From Octopus sinensis (Eukaryota), in NCBI RefSeq assembly GCF_006345805.1, contig NC_042997.1:87048001-87112000 (forward strand): a stretch of DNA of 64,000 nt, given 5' to 3'. This document shows, piece after piece, positions 25,961 to 38,419 of this stretch. Within the stretch, counting starts at the first letter, position 1. Each line of letters starts with the position of its first letter. The notes beneath the pieces were generated by a model. The model saw nothing but the letters and a program-made list of their open reading frames with translations, did not search any database and was not told the origin of the DNA. The position numbers were made by a program, and so were the translations under genes.

Positions 25961-26578
25961 AATAATAATGATGATGATATAATAATAATAATAATAATAA
26001 TAGAGTTGTGTAACTAAAGAGAAATTTTTAAAAAAAGAAAAATTTAAAGAAGAAATGAACAAAAAAAAAAAAAAGCGTGGAAGAAGGGTGGGGGGCAAAT
26101 GTACGGTCAGTTTGCATGATCCATAATAAAGATCACATACAAAAGGAAACAAGTACACAATGCAGCAAAAAAAGTATTAGATATAACCGTTCGTAGATAT
26201 GGATGTACAAACGCTCACACATACGTGGTCTGGCGCACGTACACACGCTCGTACAAACGCACATGCACATACAAGCACGCACCCAAGCGTGGTCTGGTGC
26301 GCATACGCTCACACACAGAATTAAGTAGTTATTAATATAGACAGTGGCTATCAGTGGTTAGTGATACGACATCGCCTGGTGAGGAGTCACAGATTCTGTG
26401 GTGTGGTCCACTGGCTCTGGCTGGTACACTACACCAAGGGTTACACTTAAACCAGTTGCATAGCATCCCACGACGAGAGATCTATGCTAGATAGACCGAA
26501 ACAATTGTAGTGATTAATAAAGATTCTCCTATCTTCCATCTTCCGTTTCTCTCCTTAATCACACACGCACACACGCGC

Positions 26579-26633
<55 letters not shown>

Positions 26634-26654
26634 ACACACACACACACACACACA

Positions 26655-28085
26655 ATGATGGCTTGGATCTGTAGCCAATGAGTCACCTTTTTTCTTTTCT
26701 GGTTTTCTGAAGCCTAATTTCTCAAGATTGGTATTAAGGCTCTAGTAATTACAGGTATAAATCTGAACTTGTAATCTGGATTGAGTAACTGCAGATTTCT
26801 CAAGAGTTCAGCATAAGTATTCTCTTTTTCATTGATCTTCAGCTGTATATTAACATCTGCCAGGTAGCTGATTTCCACAACTGTACACAGTTTCTCCTTT
26901 CTATCCCAAATTATTACATCAGGTCAAGTGTGTTTGCATTTTTATTGAGCTTTTCACTGGAACCTTCCACCACTACTCATTTTTACTATGAGTGGCTATG
27001 GCTTTCACCATACTGTCGGTTCTTATTTCTTTGTTCTCGGGGTAGTTCCAACATCATGTCTCATCGTTAGGTAATATTGTAATGACATTTTCGGACAACT
27101 GCTTATAATGTGGGTGATATCTTCTGTGTTAACTTCACATAGTCTGCATCGGTTGTCACATTTTACTGCTTTTCCAGCATCTTTCGTGCATCAGGTATTT
27201 GGTTGATATTCCCTGTTTCTGGATTGCAAAGTGGGAGGTAGTAATCCAGTTATTGGTCCATGATAGACTGCTTTGATGTTCAATGTTACTATCATCTCGG
27301 AGCTTTCTACTAACATATCCATGCATGGTCTTTTCATATACGCTCATTCTTTCATCTGATGATATATTACGGTAGAGCGTCCAATGTTGGTATGGGTACT
27401 GGCACTGCAGACACTGCAGCCATTGTTTTATTGAATGCAGAGTTCCGAGGTCCAGATTTTCTTTTTTAGGCTGTAATTTATTTAGTGAAACGTGTTTTGT
27501 TACAGGTGCTATTGTAAGATATGTTTTCATCCACTGCTAGACATCTGTAACATCCCTTATCAGGTATAGGGGAATCAGTTAGGACATTGATGGAGATGTT
27601 GCTAGTCTGGTGTACAGTTTTCTCTCTTTTCACAACTAGATAGCAACATTTCTCCTGACCAAATTTCAGCCCTGTATCCTTTGAGAATGTTGTAACCAGG
27701 TCATGGGTCTTTTTCATCTTATGCACGTTCTTTCCATATAGTTTCAAGTCACCCATAAAGGAACAGTATGTAATTTTGGTACTTCTGTTTCCTTGTGAAC
27801 CAGTGATATATCCATCAGACTTACTTAACATGGATGACAACGGGTTTACAGAAATATAAACAGCATCACAGAGAGGAATATGTCCCTTGGAATAAGCTTC
27901 TGCGATACTGTTTTCTATCAGTGATAATACAGTCACTCCTTGCGTTTAATTTCAAGATGGTGGCCACGGCGAAGCCAGGTCAGTTATGGCGTTGACTATC
28001 CTCACTAGAACTTTAGCAAGTTGAAGGGCTTCATGCATCCATGAATGGTTAACAGAGTTAAAGACTTTCTTGTAGTCTAGCTACT
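26655..28085 (-). pseudogene. R4/Dong-clade non-LTR retrotransposon fragment (RT plus restriction-like endonuclease)
   Basis: LDYKKVFNSVNHSWMHEAL; VNPLSSMLSKSDGY...SFMGDLKLYGKN...FSKDTGLKFGQEKC; PDVIIWDRKEKLCTVVEIS (REL); 3' end abuts a (CA)n run. Confidence 0.8.
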
Positions 28086-28555
28086 TTAGGTTCCTTCTGT
28101 GCTCCCGCACCTCTAACATTTCAGATTTGTTGAATAACAAAGATGTATGTATGTATGTATGCATGTATGTATGTATGTATGTATGTATGTATGTATGTAT
28201 GTATGTATAAATTTTCGCATGAAAAATAGCCATGCTGTGAAAGACGAGCGGGTGCGCTTGCATGAGGGTGTGAACACGGGTGTGAACAGCAAATAACTAT
28301 ATATGTATGTGTATAAATATCGATGTTGGAACAGCTGTTAGTTTAAAGAAATGGCCGTCATTTTATACTTGTGTATATTGATTTCTCTCAGAATTATCCT
28401 ACTATTTTGTTATTTCTTTTTTTCACCACTTCGTCATGGTTAATGATGATGTGACGTCGTCGGGAGTCTAATTAAAGTGGAGATTGATGTGTTACGCTTG
28501 AATATATATCAATGTGTTATGTGTGGATGCGTGACAGTATGTATGGATATACATT

Positions 28556-28623
<68 letters not shown>

Positions 28624-28710
28624 AATTTCTAAGATTTGCAGAATATGGTTTGGGGGAGATTTGGCAGCTGTTTCTGCCTGGTAGAGTAACTACATATAGG
28701 CTGATTATGT

Positions 28711-28749
<39 letters not shown>

Positions 28750-30269
28750 TGCGTGCGTGCGTGCGTGCGTGTGTGTGTGTGTGTAATCCAAATAATAAGA
28801 CAAGGAAATTCTTTAACACATCTTTAATGATACGTTACGATAGTTTTTGTACCAACTCTGCTTGCAACGCCAGTTTACGCAAAAGTTCGAAGCGGAAATT
28901 TACGTAATGTTTGCATTTTTAGACAATAGACTGGCATTTCGTCAGACTTACATCAAAAGTATGATATTAAATTAACAAATAATATATTAACATTTCAGTA
29001 ACAATGAATGATACTTTGCAGCTTTGTTATTGTTGTTGTTGATGTTGCTGCTGCTGTTGGTGCTTTATTTAGCCCTAGTCAGTTCTGATTGTAGAAAATT
29101 ATGATCAAAAACATTCTAACCAAGATCTTTCCGAAGTTTTAGAAGTATATGATTGTTATTTTATGTTTCCTTTATTTAAGTCGGTAGCGTGTGATTTGAA
29201 AGTATTTGCCTACTAAATCTAGCAGGTCAAGCAATCACACACAGGCCCTCTCGTCGAATTTCTTAATGATACTTTTAATACAGGTACAGTACAAACATTC
29301 CAAACACTGAGTCTCGTATTACACTGTGTAACACGATTTTTGTTCTCGTGTAGCAACTGTTATTTCCTATTTGCTTACCCCTAGAAAGTATGAAAGATGA
29401 CTAATATTTCCTTCAAATTTTGTTTTTGTTACATTAATTCAAACTCCAAAGAATCCCTCACAATACTTGCTTACGATACTCCTCCACTACTTCTGCCCGT
29501 GATTTGAGATGCACATATTGTCAGTCACTAAGGAACATGCTCAAGTGGTTTAGGTCAAATAACTGACAAGCAAATCTGTGGCATTGAGCAGAATATTTGC
29601 TATAACAATATTTCTGCTTCACCAACTCAGTGCTGAAATGTAATGGAAAATAGGTGAGTTTCAAAACATTGATGTCCAGGTCACAAAAGCAAAGTTCGAA
29701 GAGAATAGTAGTCATAGAAGCAAATAGGAAATAAAACTTACTGACCAAAGACAAAAAATGAAAATAAATAACAATGTTACGCGATGTAATCAACTTTAAA
29801 TTTGAGCAGGAACTTCAAATTCCTGCGGACGTTAGACTAGATTACTGGGCGGTCCTAGTAATCTAGTTCTATTTCACGGTACCTGTCAAGTCACATCGTA
29901 TTAAAGCAATAGTGAGGGGTAAGTGGTATGTGATATTAGAGAGACATATAATGGGTGGACGATATCAAAACTTTTGTGGTTCACTGCACTGCCTGAAGTA
30001 TTCTCAACAAAAACCGATAAAGATTGTTTTTAAAACACCATATTTTTTAACGCATGTGTGAAACACACGATGAGACATTAAGCGGGTTACCTTAACGCGC
30101 CAGTATTAACAACAGACTAGCCATAGTTACAGTAATTCCTGGGGCAACAGCTCTCATTGTGGTCATTTCAAACAACCTGACTGCCACTATTTTGATGGAA
30201 ATGAAAATAAACATCTGGTCACTAACAGCAGTGACATGTGCAGCAGTAGTACAGTGCACAGTACAGTAT

Positions 30270-30483
30270 TGGTTTCAAATTTTTGAACAAGGCCATCAAT
30301 TTCGGGGGAGGTGGTAAGTGGATTATATCGACCCCATTCTCAACTAGTACTTATTTTATCGACCCCGAAAGGATGAAAGGCAAAGTCGACATTAGCAGAA
30401 CTTAAAGTCAGAACGTAAAGTCAGACGAAATGCCGCTAAGCATTTCGCCCGGCGCACTAAAGATTCTGCTTGCTCACCGCCTT
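30270..30483 (-). mobile_element. SINE family B copy
   Basis: Family consensus on the minus strand. Confidence 0.85.
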
Positions 30484-30940
30484 TAGTACAGTATTGATAA
30501 ACGTGTATCATTTGTACTAATGCACAGGTATTTGTATTTCATTTAATTACTTAAGTAAAGTTAATATTTGTTTAGTTTAGAGGTGACCACTTCCAGTTCG
30601 GAAAAATCAGTAATCCGCCAAAGCACTGGAACCAAAATTTTCGGAAAATCGATGTTGTACCAATATATGAAAATATTCGATCTTTCAGTATTTGAAATCC
30701 GGGCTAAAACCGTCATTAGAATTATTGCAATGCGCCTGTTGTTTAGTTATTCAAGGAAAGAATGTTCTGGAAGACACCTTATGTTAAGTACAATACTTTT
30801 TATTTGTTCTCAATTATGAAATGCTTTACTTGTCCGAGTGCAACTTGTGGCTTTTTAATTTTTTTGTCTTTATTCTTTGCTGTTTACCATTGTTTAATTA
30901 TATATATATGCGTGTAGCAATATATATATATATATATATA

Positions 30941-31128
30941 CTTTATTTTAAGCAGCAGAAAATTCAACAAAATCTGTTACTCTGAGTTCATCAGAACGGC
31001 AACGAGAAACTCAGAGTAACAGATTTTGTTGAATTTTCTGCTGCTTAAAATAAAGCATATTACTCTACCACTGGTATTTGAGTACTCTTTTTTCCACCTT
31101 GTTTCACATTTATGTGTTTACTCCGGTA
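30941..31128 (+). mobile_element. Family P element, copy 2, with perfect 48-bp inverted repeat at its 5' end
   Basis: 30941-30988 is the exact reverse complement of 31008-31055 around a 19-nt loop; tail then (TA)n. Confidence 0.85.
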
Positions 31129-31137
31129 TATATATAT

Positions 31138-31171
<34 letters not shown>

Positions 31172-31295
31172 ATGAGATAGTATTCATAAACACACACACA
31201 AACACAAACACACATATATAGCTATTAACCTATTCATCTCTTTCTTCTCTCCTTACATATGTAAGTATGCATACTTAAATACATTTGTGTGTACG

Positions 31296-31362
<67 letters not shown>

Positions 31363-31883
31363 AGAGTTTGCATTCAGTAAACAGTAACAAAATACATTTT
31401 TCCATTATTATATAAACTTAAGGTTTAAATTTGTTATGTTTTCATTACAAATTTGATTGTTTATACATTATGAAATATGATCTCTAGCATAATGCTTTAT
31501 GTAATAATTATTTTGTAATTATTTTTTCTGGTGCCTTTCTTTTATTGTCGGGAATATGTTTAGTACCCTAAAATACATTGCAACGTTACTATTCATAATC
31601 AACAACCAGTCAACCCAACAAAGGATCCTCTATATAGACGCTCAAATGTTTAGAAATAACAGTTACATCTTTCACAAATCACCTTTAACATGTTAAATAA
31701 TGAAAGGGCACATAATATGATGTAGCCCTACATACATCTATGAAGATTAGGTGACGACGGTTACAGCACCTTTCATTATAAGTATGCTCGATGAGGGTTA
31801 CTCAGGTCTAAACAACAAACAACGACAGTATTTCTCAATAGCAGATTAGCTTAAATGGCTTCGATAAAGTCAAAGTTTTTTTC

Positions 31884-32295
31884 GTGTAGCTGTGTGGTAA
31901 GTAGCTTGCTTACCAACCACATGGTTCCGGGTTCAGTCCCACTGTATAGCACCTTGGGCAAATGTCTTCTACTATAGCCTCAGGCCAACCAAAGCCTTGT
32001 GAGTGGATTTGGTTGACGGAAACTGAAAGAAGCCCGTCGTATATATGTATATATATATGTGTGTATTTGTGTGTATATGTTTGTGTCTGTGTTTGTCCCC
32101 CCAACATCGCTTGACAACCGATGCTGGTGTTTTTACGTCCCCGTAACTTAGCGGCTCGGCAAAAGAGACCGATAGAATAAGTACTAGGCTTACAAAGAAT
32201 AAGTCCTGGAGTCGATTTGCTCGACTAAGGGCGGTGCTCCAGCATGGCCACAGTCAAATGACTGAAACAAGTAAAAGAGTAAAAGAGTAAAGAGA
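31884..32295 (+). mobile_element. Full-length tRNA-derived SINE family A
   Basis: A-box-like TAGCTGTGTGG, B-box-like GGTTCAGTCCC, internal (TA)(TG) microsatellite, (AAAAGAGT)n tail. Confidence 0.9.
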
Positions 32296-32738
32296 AGTAA
32301 CAGAAATAAAAAGGAATTAGCCATAGCCCGAAATCGAAGCCAAGTTACAGTACTGATTTTCAGATACCTTTACAATACTCACTCTTATCAGTAGATGTAA
32401 CAAATCATACACGTACTCTGTATCGAAAATGTACCAATCGAAAGAATAACCTTAAAAGTCTCTGCATAATATACTACCATGTAAATACACATCTCGATTT
32501 GGAGGCGTAGATTGTCTTTAAAACCAATAATACTGTATATATAACACTATGTTGCTCAGCTGCTACAAGAGTAGATGATTCTCTGTAAACCAATACACTA
32601 AATTTTATATAAAATGTATTGATATGTAATAAAAACAAATAATAATCTATTCTTAATAAAAATAGGTGTGGAAAACTTTGTAATTCAATATCACATCTAA
32701 GACACGCCTTTGATTTTTAATATTGATTTAGGTGTAAA

Positions 32739-33282
32739 GGCGGCGAGCTGGCAGAAACGTTAGCTCGCCAGGCGAAATGCGTAACCGTATTTATTCTGCC
32801 GTTACGTTCTGAGTTCAAATTCCGCCGAGGTCGACTTTGCCTTTCATCCTTTCGGGGTCGATAAATTAAGTACCAGTTACGCACTGGGATCGATGCAATC
32901 GACTTAATCCGTTTGTCTGTCCGTGTTTGTCCCCTCTGTGTTTAGCCCCTTGTGGGTAGTAAAGAAATAGGTATTTCATCTGCCGCTACATTCTGAGTTC
33001 AAATTCCGCCGAGGTCGACTTTGCCTTTCATCCATTCGGGGTCGATTAAATAAGTACCAGTTGCGCAATGGGGTCGATGTAATCGACTTAATCCGTTTGC
33101 ATATCCTTGTTTGTCCCTTCTGTGTTTAGCCCCTTGTGGGTAGTAAAGAAATAGGTATTTCGTCAGTCTTTATGTTCTGAGTTCAAATTCCACCGAGGTC
33201 GACTTTGCCTTTCATCCTTTTGGGGGTCGATAAATTAAGTACCAAAATGTTGGGCCTTGTGCATAGAGTAGAAAAGAATATT
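32739..33282 (+). mobile_element. SINE family B head-to-tail trimer
   Basis: Three cores (ttctgagttcaaattcc..gaggtcgactttgcctttcatcc..ggggtcgat..aagtacca) joined by a conserved linker of about 70 bp; only the first unit has the head. Confidence 0.9.
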
Positions 33283-33325
33283 GATTTAGGTGTAACAATA
33301 TTCACATTATACATGGATTTGTATG

Positions 33326-33654
33326 GTATGGCTCAGTGGTTAGAGCATCGGGCTCACAGTCATGAGGTAGTGAGTTTGATTCCCGGACCGGGCTGTGTGT
33401 TGTGTTCTTGAGGAAGCCTCTTTATTTCACGTTGCTCCAGTTCACTCAGCTGTAGAAATGAATTGTGATGTCACTGGTGCCAAATTGCATCAGCCTTTGC
33501 CTTTCCCTTGGATAACCTCAGTGGTTTGGAAAGGGGAGGCTGGTATGCATGGGTGACTGCTGGTCTGCCATTAACAACTTTGGCCGGACTTGTGCCTCAG
33601 AGGGGAACTTTCTAGGTGCAATCTCATGGTCATTAATGACCAAAGAGGGTCTTT
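33326..33654 (+). mobile_element. Full-length tRNA-derived CORE-type SINE (family C)
   Basis: A-box TGGCTCAGTGG, B-box-like GTTTGATTCC, CORE-like ttcttgag...ctttatttcacgttgctccagttcactcagctg; fragments also near 34930-34990 (-), 45000-45140 and 52860-52920. Confidence 0.85.
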
Positions 33655-34014
33655 ACGCTTTGTACGGTAATCTAAATGGAATGTATTTGGGACAAGTTAG
33701 TCTCTAGCCCGTGCAATTTCTCTGATTACGTGACTGGATTTGAATGATAATAATCCTTTCTACTATAGGCACAAAGCCTAAAATTTTGGGAGTGGAGGCT
33801 AGTCGATTACATCGACCCTAGTGTTCGACTGGTATTTATTTCATCGACTCCGAAAGAATGAAAGGCGACATTTTGTAGTTTTTAGAACAGAAAAAAAAAC
33901 TGTAAACAAGAGAAATGTTTATCAACATATTCGTTGGAGCAGAGAAAGCAAACTGTAGCTCAGTTCGACAAAAACGAGTAAACAACACATTTTGTAGTCC
34001 AGTTCACGAAAAAA

Positions 34015-34560
34015 AAAATTGGTAATGCACTCAAGTAATTTTTCAAACAAATTGCAATTTTCATATCTCCTGCACCACATAAACTCGTAGAGTCGCTTTA
34101 CAGAGACCCATGTACTTGCCACATGTTGCGTGTGGATACCATCGCTGTGGTTCACCGGTCTATGTTCAAAATTATAACCAGCAATTTCAAGAATGTGAGA
34201 GTACGCTCTCCACGAATTACCGAAAATTGTGGTTGCTGGAAGAATTTACTTCTGTATGCATTCCTCCAGTGTGTCGCGATACCGACATGACATCGTATAA
34301 AGAAAATCCTGTCTGGTCTCGCAACACATTCCTCTGAAAACCCGCTGCTCAAATAGCCTTCCTCGGTTGTACTTACGTCTTGAGAAAACTGTTTCGTTTG
34401 TCTCAACAATCTTCCCAGGACCGCCAATCTTGACTGAGTTACTGAGCAGGTCCTCCGTACACATCTCACGAACATAACTGTTGTAATCAATAGCTGTGCA
34501 ATGGCTCATCTCCAGTTCTTCAGCACAGAATCGAAGTGAAGTTAATTCCTTGACCCATAA
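34015..34560 (-). pseudogene. Merlin / IS1595 (ISXO2-like) DDE transposase, degenerate
   Basis: VKIGGPGKIVETNETVFSRRKYNRGRL...ILPATTIFGNSWRAYSH...VNHSDG.IHTQHVASTW...YEFMWCRR; the element probably extends to aagtggcagcc at about 34921. Confidence 0.8.
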
Positions 34561-35273
34561 TTAAATGAAAAGCAGTACAGTCCTAAGAAGAAGGCTTCTA
34601 ACCCCCGTATCTTTTCTTACTGACACAGACTCCTTGTATCATTTGCAGGAGCACCACAAGTAAATGTTTCCACACGAATTTTTTTGTTCATATAATGTTT
34701 ATTTTTTTTCTTTGCATAATTTTCTTCTAGTGGTAACACCCTTCTCTTGCAAGTAGGACTAAAATTACGTAAAATTTGCAAACTTTAAATGCTCTTAACT
34801 GTTTATTTGTTGATTTATGGCGAAAATGAATTTCATGTCAATAAAGAACATACAAAACTACATCAATACACCAAATTTGAAATCAATTGAAACAAAATTG
34901 AAGAAATTGAAAAGTGGCAGCCAAGCAGAAGAGATCCGCTGAGTGAACTGGAGCAACACGAAATGAAGCGTTTTTGCTCAACGCACCACCCTGTCTGGGA
35001 GTCGAAACTTGGATGCCTTTAACAGTGTTCAATTTAATGCAGATTTCTAGATCTGTTATTTGTTTCCCATTCTGCTTCTTTTTTTTTTTACTTCAAATAT
35101 TCAGGCTGGGCATTGACACCATCGGTTTCTTTAGTCAGGACGGTCTGTAAAGATTATGGAGTAACTGCCTCTCCTTTCCTGATTAATACGGTTAAAAAAG
35201 AAAAATAGGAAAAAAGAAACTCGGAGAGTAATATTTTCTTTCATACTACACGTTTGATAAAGAATGGGGTCAA

Positions 35274-35670
35274 GGCTGCGAGTTGGCAGAATCGTTAGCA
35301 CGCCAAGCGAAATACTTAGCAGTATTTCGTCAGCCGTTACGTTCTGGGTTCAAATTCCGCCGAGGTCGACTTTGCCTTTCATCCTTTCGGGGTCGATTAA
35401 ATAAATACCAGTTACGCACTGGGGTCGATATAATCGACTTAATCCGTTTGTCTGTTCTTGTTTGTCCTCTCTGTGTGTAGTCCCTTGTGGGTAGTAAAGA
35501 AATAGGTATTTCATCCGTCTTTACGTTCTGAGTTCAAATTCCAACGAAGTCGACTTTGCCTTTCATCCTTTTGGGGGTCGATAAAATAAGTACCAGTCGA
35601 GCACCGGGGTTGATGTAAAAGCACTATTCCTTTCATCTGAATTTGCTGGCTTTCTGCCAAAATTTTAAAC
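35274..35670 (+). mobile_element. SINE family B dimer
   Basis: Two cores joined by the same linker as in the 32739 trimer. Confidence 0.88.
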
Positions 35671-35753
35671 TAATATAGAGTGCGGTCTACCATATTTATT
35701 AGTTTCGTAAAGTACAATATAAGACACAAAATACAAAGTAATATACAAATGAA

Positions 35754-35788
<35 letters not shown>

Positions 35789-36186
35789 AAGAGACATGTG
35801 TATTTGTAATGGTAGTCAAATACAGAAATGTAGGAAACATGCTGTGCCGAAATCGCCACTTATTTGTTACAACAACGTCGGTTAACGACAATGTTGAAAC
35901 AAACAACAAAAATTAAGACAACGCATCAACGATAGCAATAACAACAAAAACGACAATAAAAAATTACAAAGGAACATATATATATATATATATAAATAAA
36001 AAGAAATCCAACAACTAACTATAAGAAACTATTAACGAACTTACTAACCAACAAACAAACAATGTACGGTTCTCTTCCACCGCTATCATCACCACCACCA
36101 TTATCACCACTTCACTGAGAGAACAATCAGATCACTTTACATAGAGTACAGACATGCTGTGGTGGAGAAGAGAAGTAGGATGACAC

Positions 36187-36223
<37 letters not shown>

Positions 36224-36411
36224 ACACACACACATACTTCAGCACACGCGCACTCCCATACACGTGGTGCGCGTGCGTGACTGTAGACGTCAAGTGACAT
36301 TAAAGACAGGATATAGCGCATGACGGGTATGAAGAAAATTAAAAGGGAGCGAGCTGAGGAGGGTTTGGGTATGAAGAATTAATAAATTTCTGCTTATTTC
36401 TTTCTCACTCA

Positions 36412-36453
<42 letters not shown>

Positions 36454-36574
36454 CCTGTCTATCTATTTGTCTCTCGTTTTCTTACTCTTTCTTTCTCTCT
36501 CTTGTTATTGTTCTTGTAGCTCTTGTTGCTCTTGTCCTCAATCTTTCTACATCATCTACAACGTCAACAATAAT

Positions 36575-37012
36575 AATCCTTTCTATCATAGGCACAAGGC
36601 CTGAAATTTAAAGGGAAGGGGCTAGTCGATTACATCGACTTCAGTATTCAACTGGTACTTAATTTATCACCACGCGAGGATGAAAGGCAAAGTCAGTTTC
36701 CGCAGAATTTGAACTCAAAACGTAAAGACGAAGGAAATGCAACTGAGCATTTTGCCCGGCATGCTAACAATTCTGCCAGCTCGCCGCCTTAATAATATTG
36801 GATTCATGTTTTGGCATGTGGCCAGTAGTTTTTGGGGATGGGTGAAGTTGATTATGTCGACCCTAACACTGAAGTGGTACTTACTTTATCGACTCGGAAA
36901 TCATGAAAAGCAAAGTCATCTCGGCAGAGTTTGAACCCAGAACGTATACATGGACGAAATGACGTTAAACATTTTGCCCGGAGTGCTAACGATTCTGCCA
37001 GCTTGCTGCCTT
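36575..37012 (-). mobile_element. Two tandem SINE family B monomers
   Basis: Two family consensus copies, 36575-36790 and 36800-37012. Confidence 0.8.
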
Positions 37013-37044
37013 AATAATAATAACAATAATAATAAGAAGAAGAA

Positions 37045-37820
37045 ATATACAAAATAAAATCCCAACAATGGCTGAGGAGCTCAGAACTCAAAGCAGAGAC
37101 TGAAGGATTTTTAATTGCAGCAGATCTAAGCCTCTCCACCAGAAACACATAATGAAGAAAAATACAAGTAATTGCAGAATATGTGGTGACGGGGGAGAAA
37201 CAATAAATCATATTGTCTTTGGCTGTCCAATCCTTGCTCAGAAGGAATATATCCACAGAATATGACAGAGTTGGGATCTATATACACTAGAAGCTTTGCC
37301 AACACTATGGAATGAAAACAGAAAAAAGATGATATAGGCACACGCCAGAGAAGGTCTCAGAAAATGACAAAGCAACATATTCTGGGATATGCCAATACAT
37401 ATTCTGGGATATACCAATACATACATACAGACAGAGAAATCAAGGAAATAGGCCAGACATAGTTGTCAGAGATCACCAAGAAAAATTCCTTCTGATCGAT
37501 ATATCAATACCAACAGATGACAATGTATCTCTAAAAGAAACGGAGTAAATCTCAAAATAGAAAGATCTGAAAACAGAGGTAACCCGAATGTGGAGCAAAC
37601 AATCCCTATAATAATAGGTATGATTAAAAACATTCAAACAAATACATAGCCAAAACATCAGGACTTACGAATGTCTATAACATATAGAAAATAGCACTAC
37701 TAAGCACGGCGCACATCCTACATAAAGCACTTTCAATACAGTGAAAATAAGAGCACCACAACAAGCTACAGTACTTACCCAAGGTACACACAGCTGCGCT
37801 CGGTAGTGCAGTGAAAGCAC
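37045..37820 (+). pseudogene. R4/Dong-clade LINE 3' fragment (CCHC knuckle + REL + 3' UTR)
   Basis: QQWLRSSELKAETEGFLIAA; CRICGDGGETINHIVFGCPILAQKEY; RPDIVVRD..LLIDISIPTD; STAHILHKAL; begins right after a (TAA)n tract. Confidence 0.88.
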
Positions 37821-37825
37821 TGCCC

Positions 37826-38190
37826 CCTGGAAGATTCCTTTCTTGATTTTCACCTCTCATAATACCTGATTCCCTGCTGTCAATTCAGTTCTTCAATATT
37901 TCATACTCCTGTTTTCTTCTAAACTTCTCATGTTTTCTGCTACTCCATACATTTCTATGGTTCCTGTTATCCAGGAGTGTAGTATCATATCGTATGCATT
38001 ACGATAATCAATCCATGTCAAGATCGGGTTTGTGTATCTTCTCTTGCAGTTTCCGATAATCAGATTATCAATTAACAGTTTATCTTTCGTTCCCCGGCTC
38101 TTCTTTCGGCACCCTTTCTGTTTAATATACAGCAGCCCACCTTTCTCTAAATCTCTATACAGTTTGTTCAGTAGTTTTATTTTTATCACG
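37826..38190 (-). pseudogene. R4/Dong RT fragment A (inverted)
   Basis: QKGCRKKSRGTKDKLLID...WIDYRNAYDMILHSWI...KIKKGIFQG. Confidence 0.85.
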
Positions 38191-38256
38191 TGCTTTCATC
38201 CTTTCAGGATCGGTAAAATAAGTACCAGTCGAACACTGGAGTCGATGTAAAAGAGG

Positions 38257-38400
38257 TGGGTATCAAAAATGCAACGTAAAATATCCAAAAACAGCAAGGG
38301 ATGGGTATCAAAAACGTAACGTAAGATATCCAGAAACAGAAAGAGCTTGGTATTGAAAATGCAACGTAAAATATCTAAAAACAACAGATGGGTACAAGCA
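38257..38400. repeat. Three diverged tandem copies of a unit of about 44 bp
   Basis: ggtatcaaaaatgcaacgtaaaatatccaaaaacag-like unit x3. Confidence 0.75.
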
Positions 38401-38419
38401 GGAAAACTTAGCGTAAAAT

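Noticed and set aside
33326-33400. tRNA-like sequences here and at 31884 and 63508
   Set aside because: These are SINE heads continuing into SINE bodies, with no intact cloverleaf; not tRNA genes.
38257-38400. Regularly spaced repeats that might suggest a CRISPR-like array
   Set aside because: Diverged tandem units without unique spacers in a eukaryotic context; an ordinary minisatellite.
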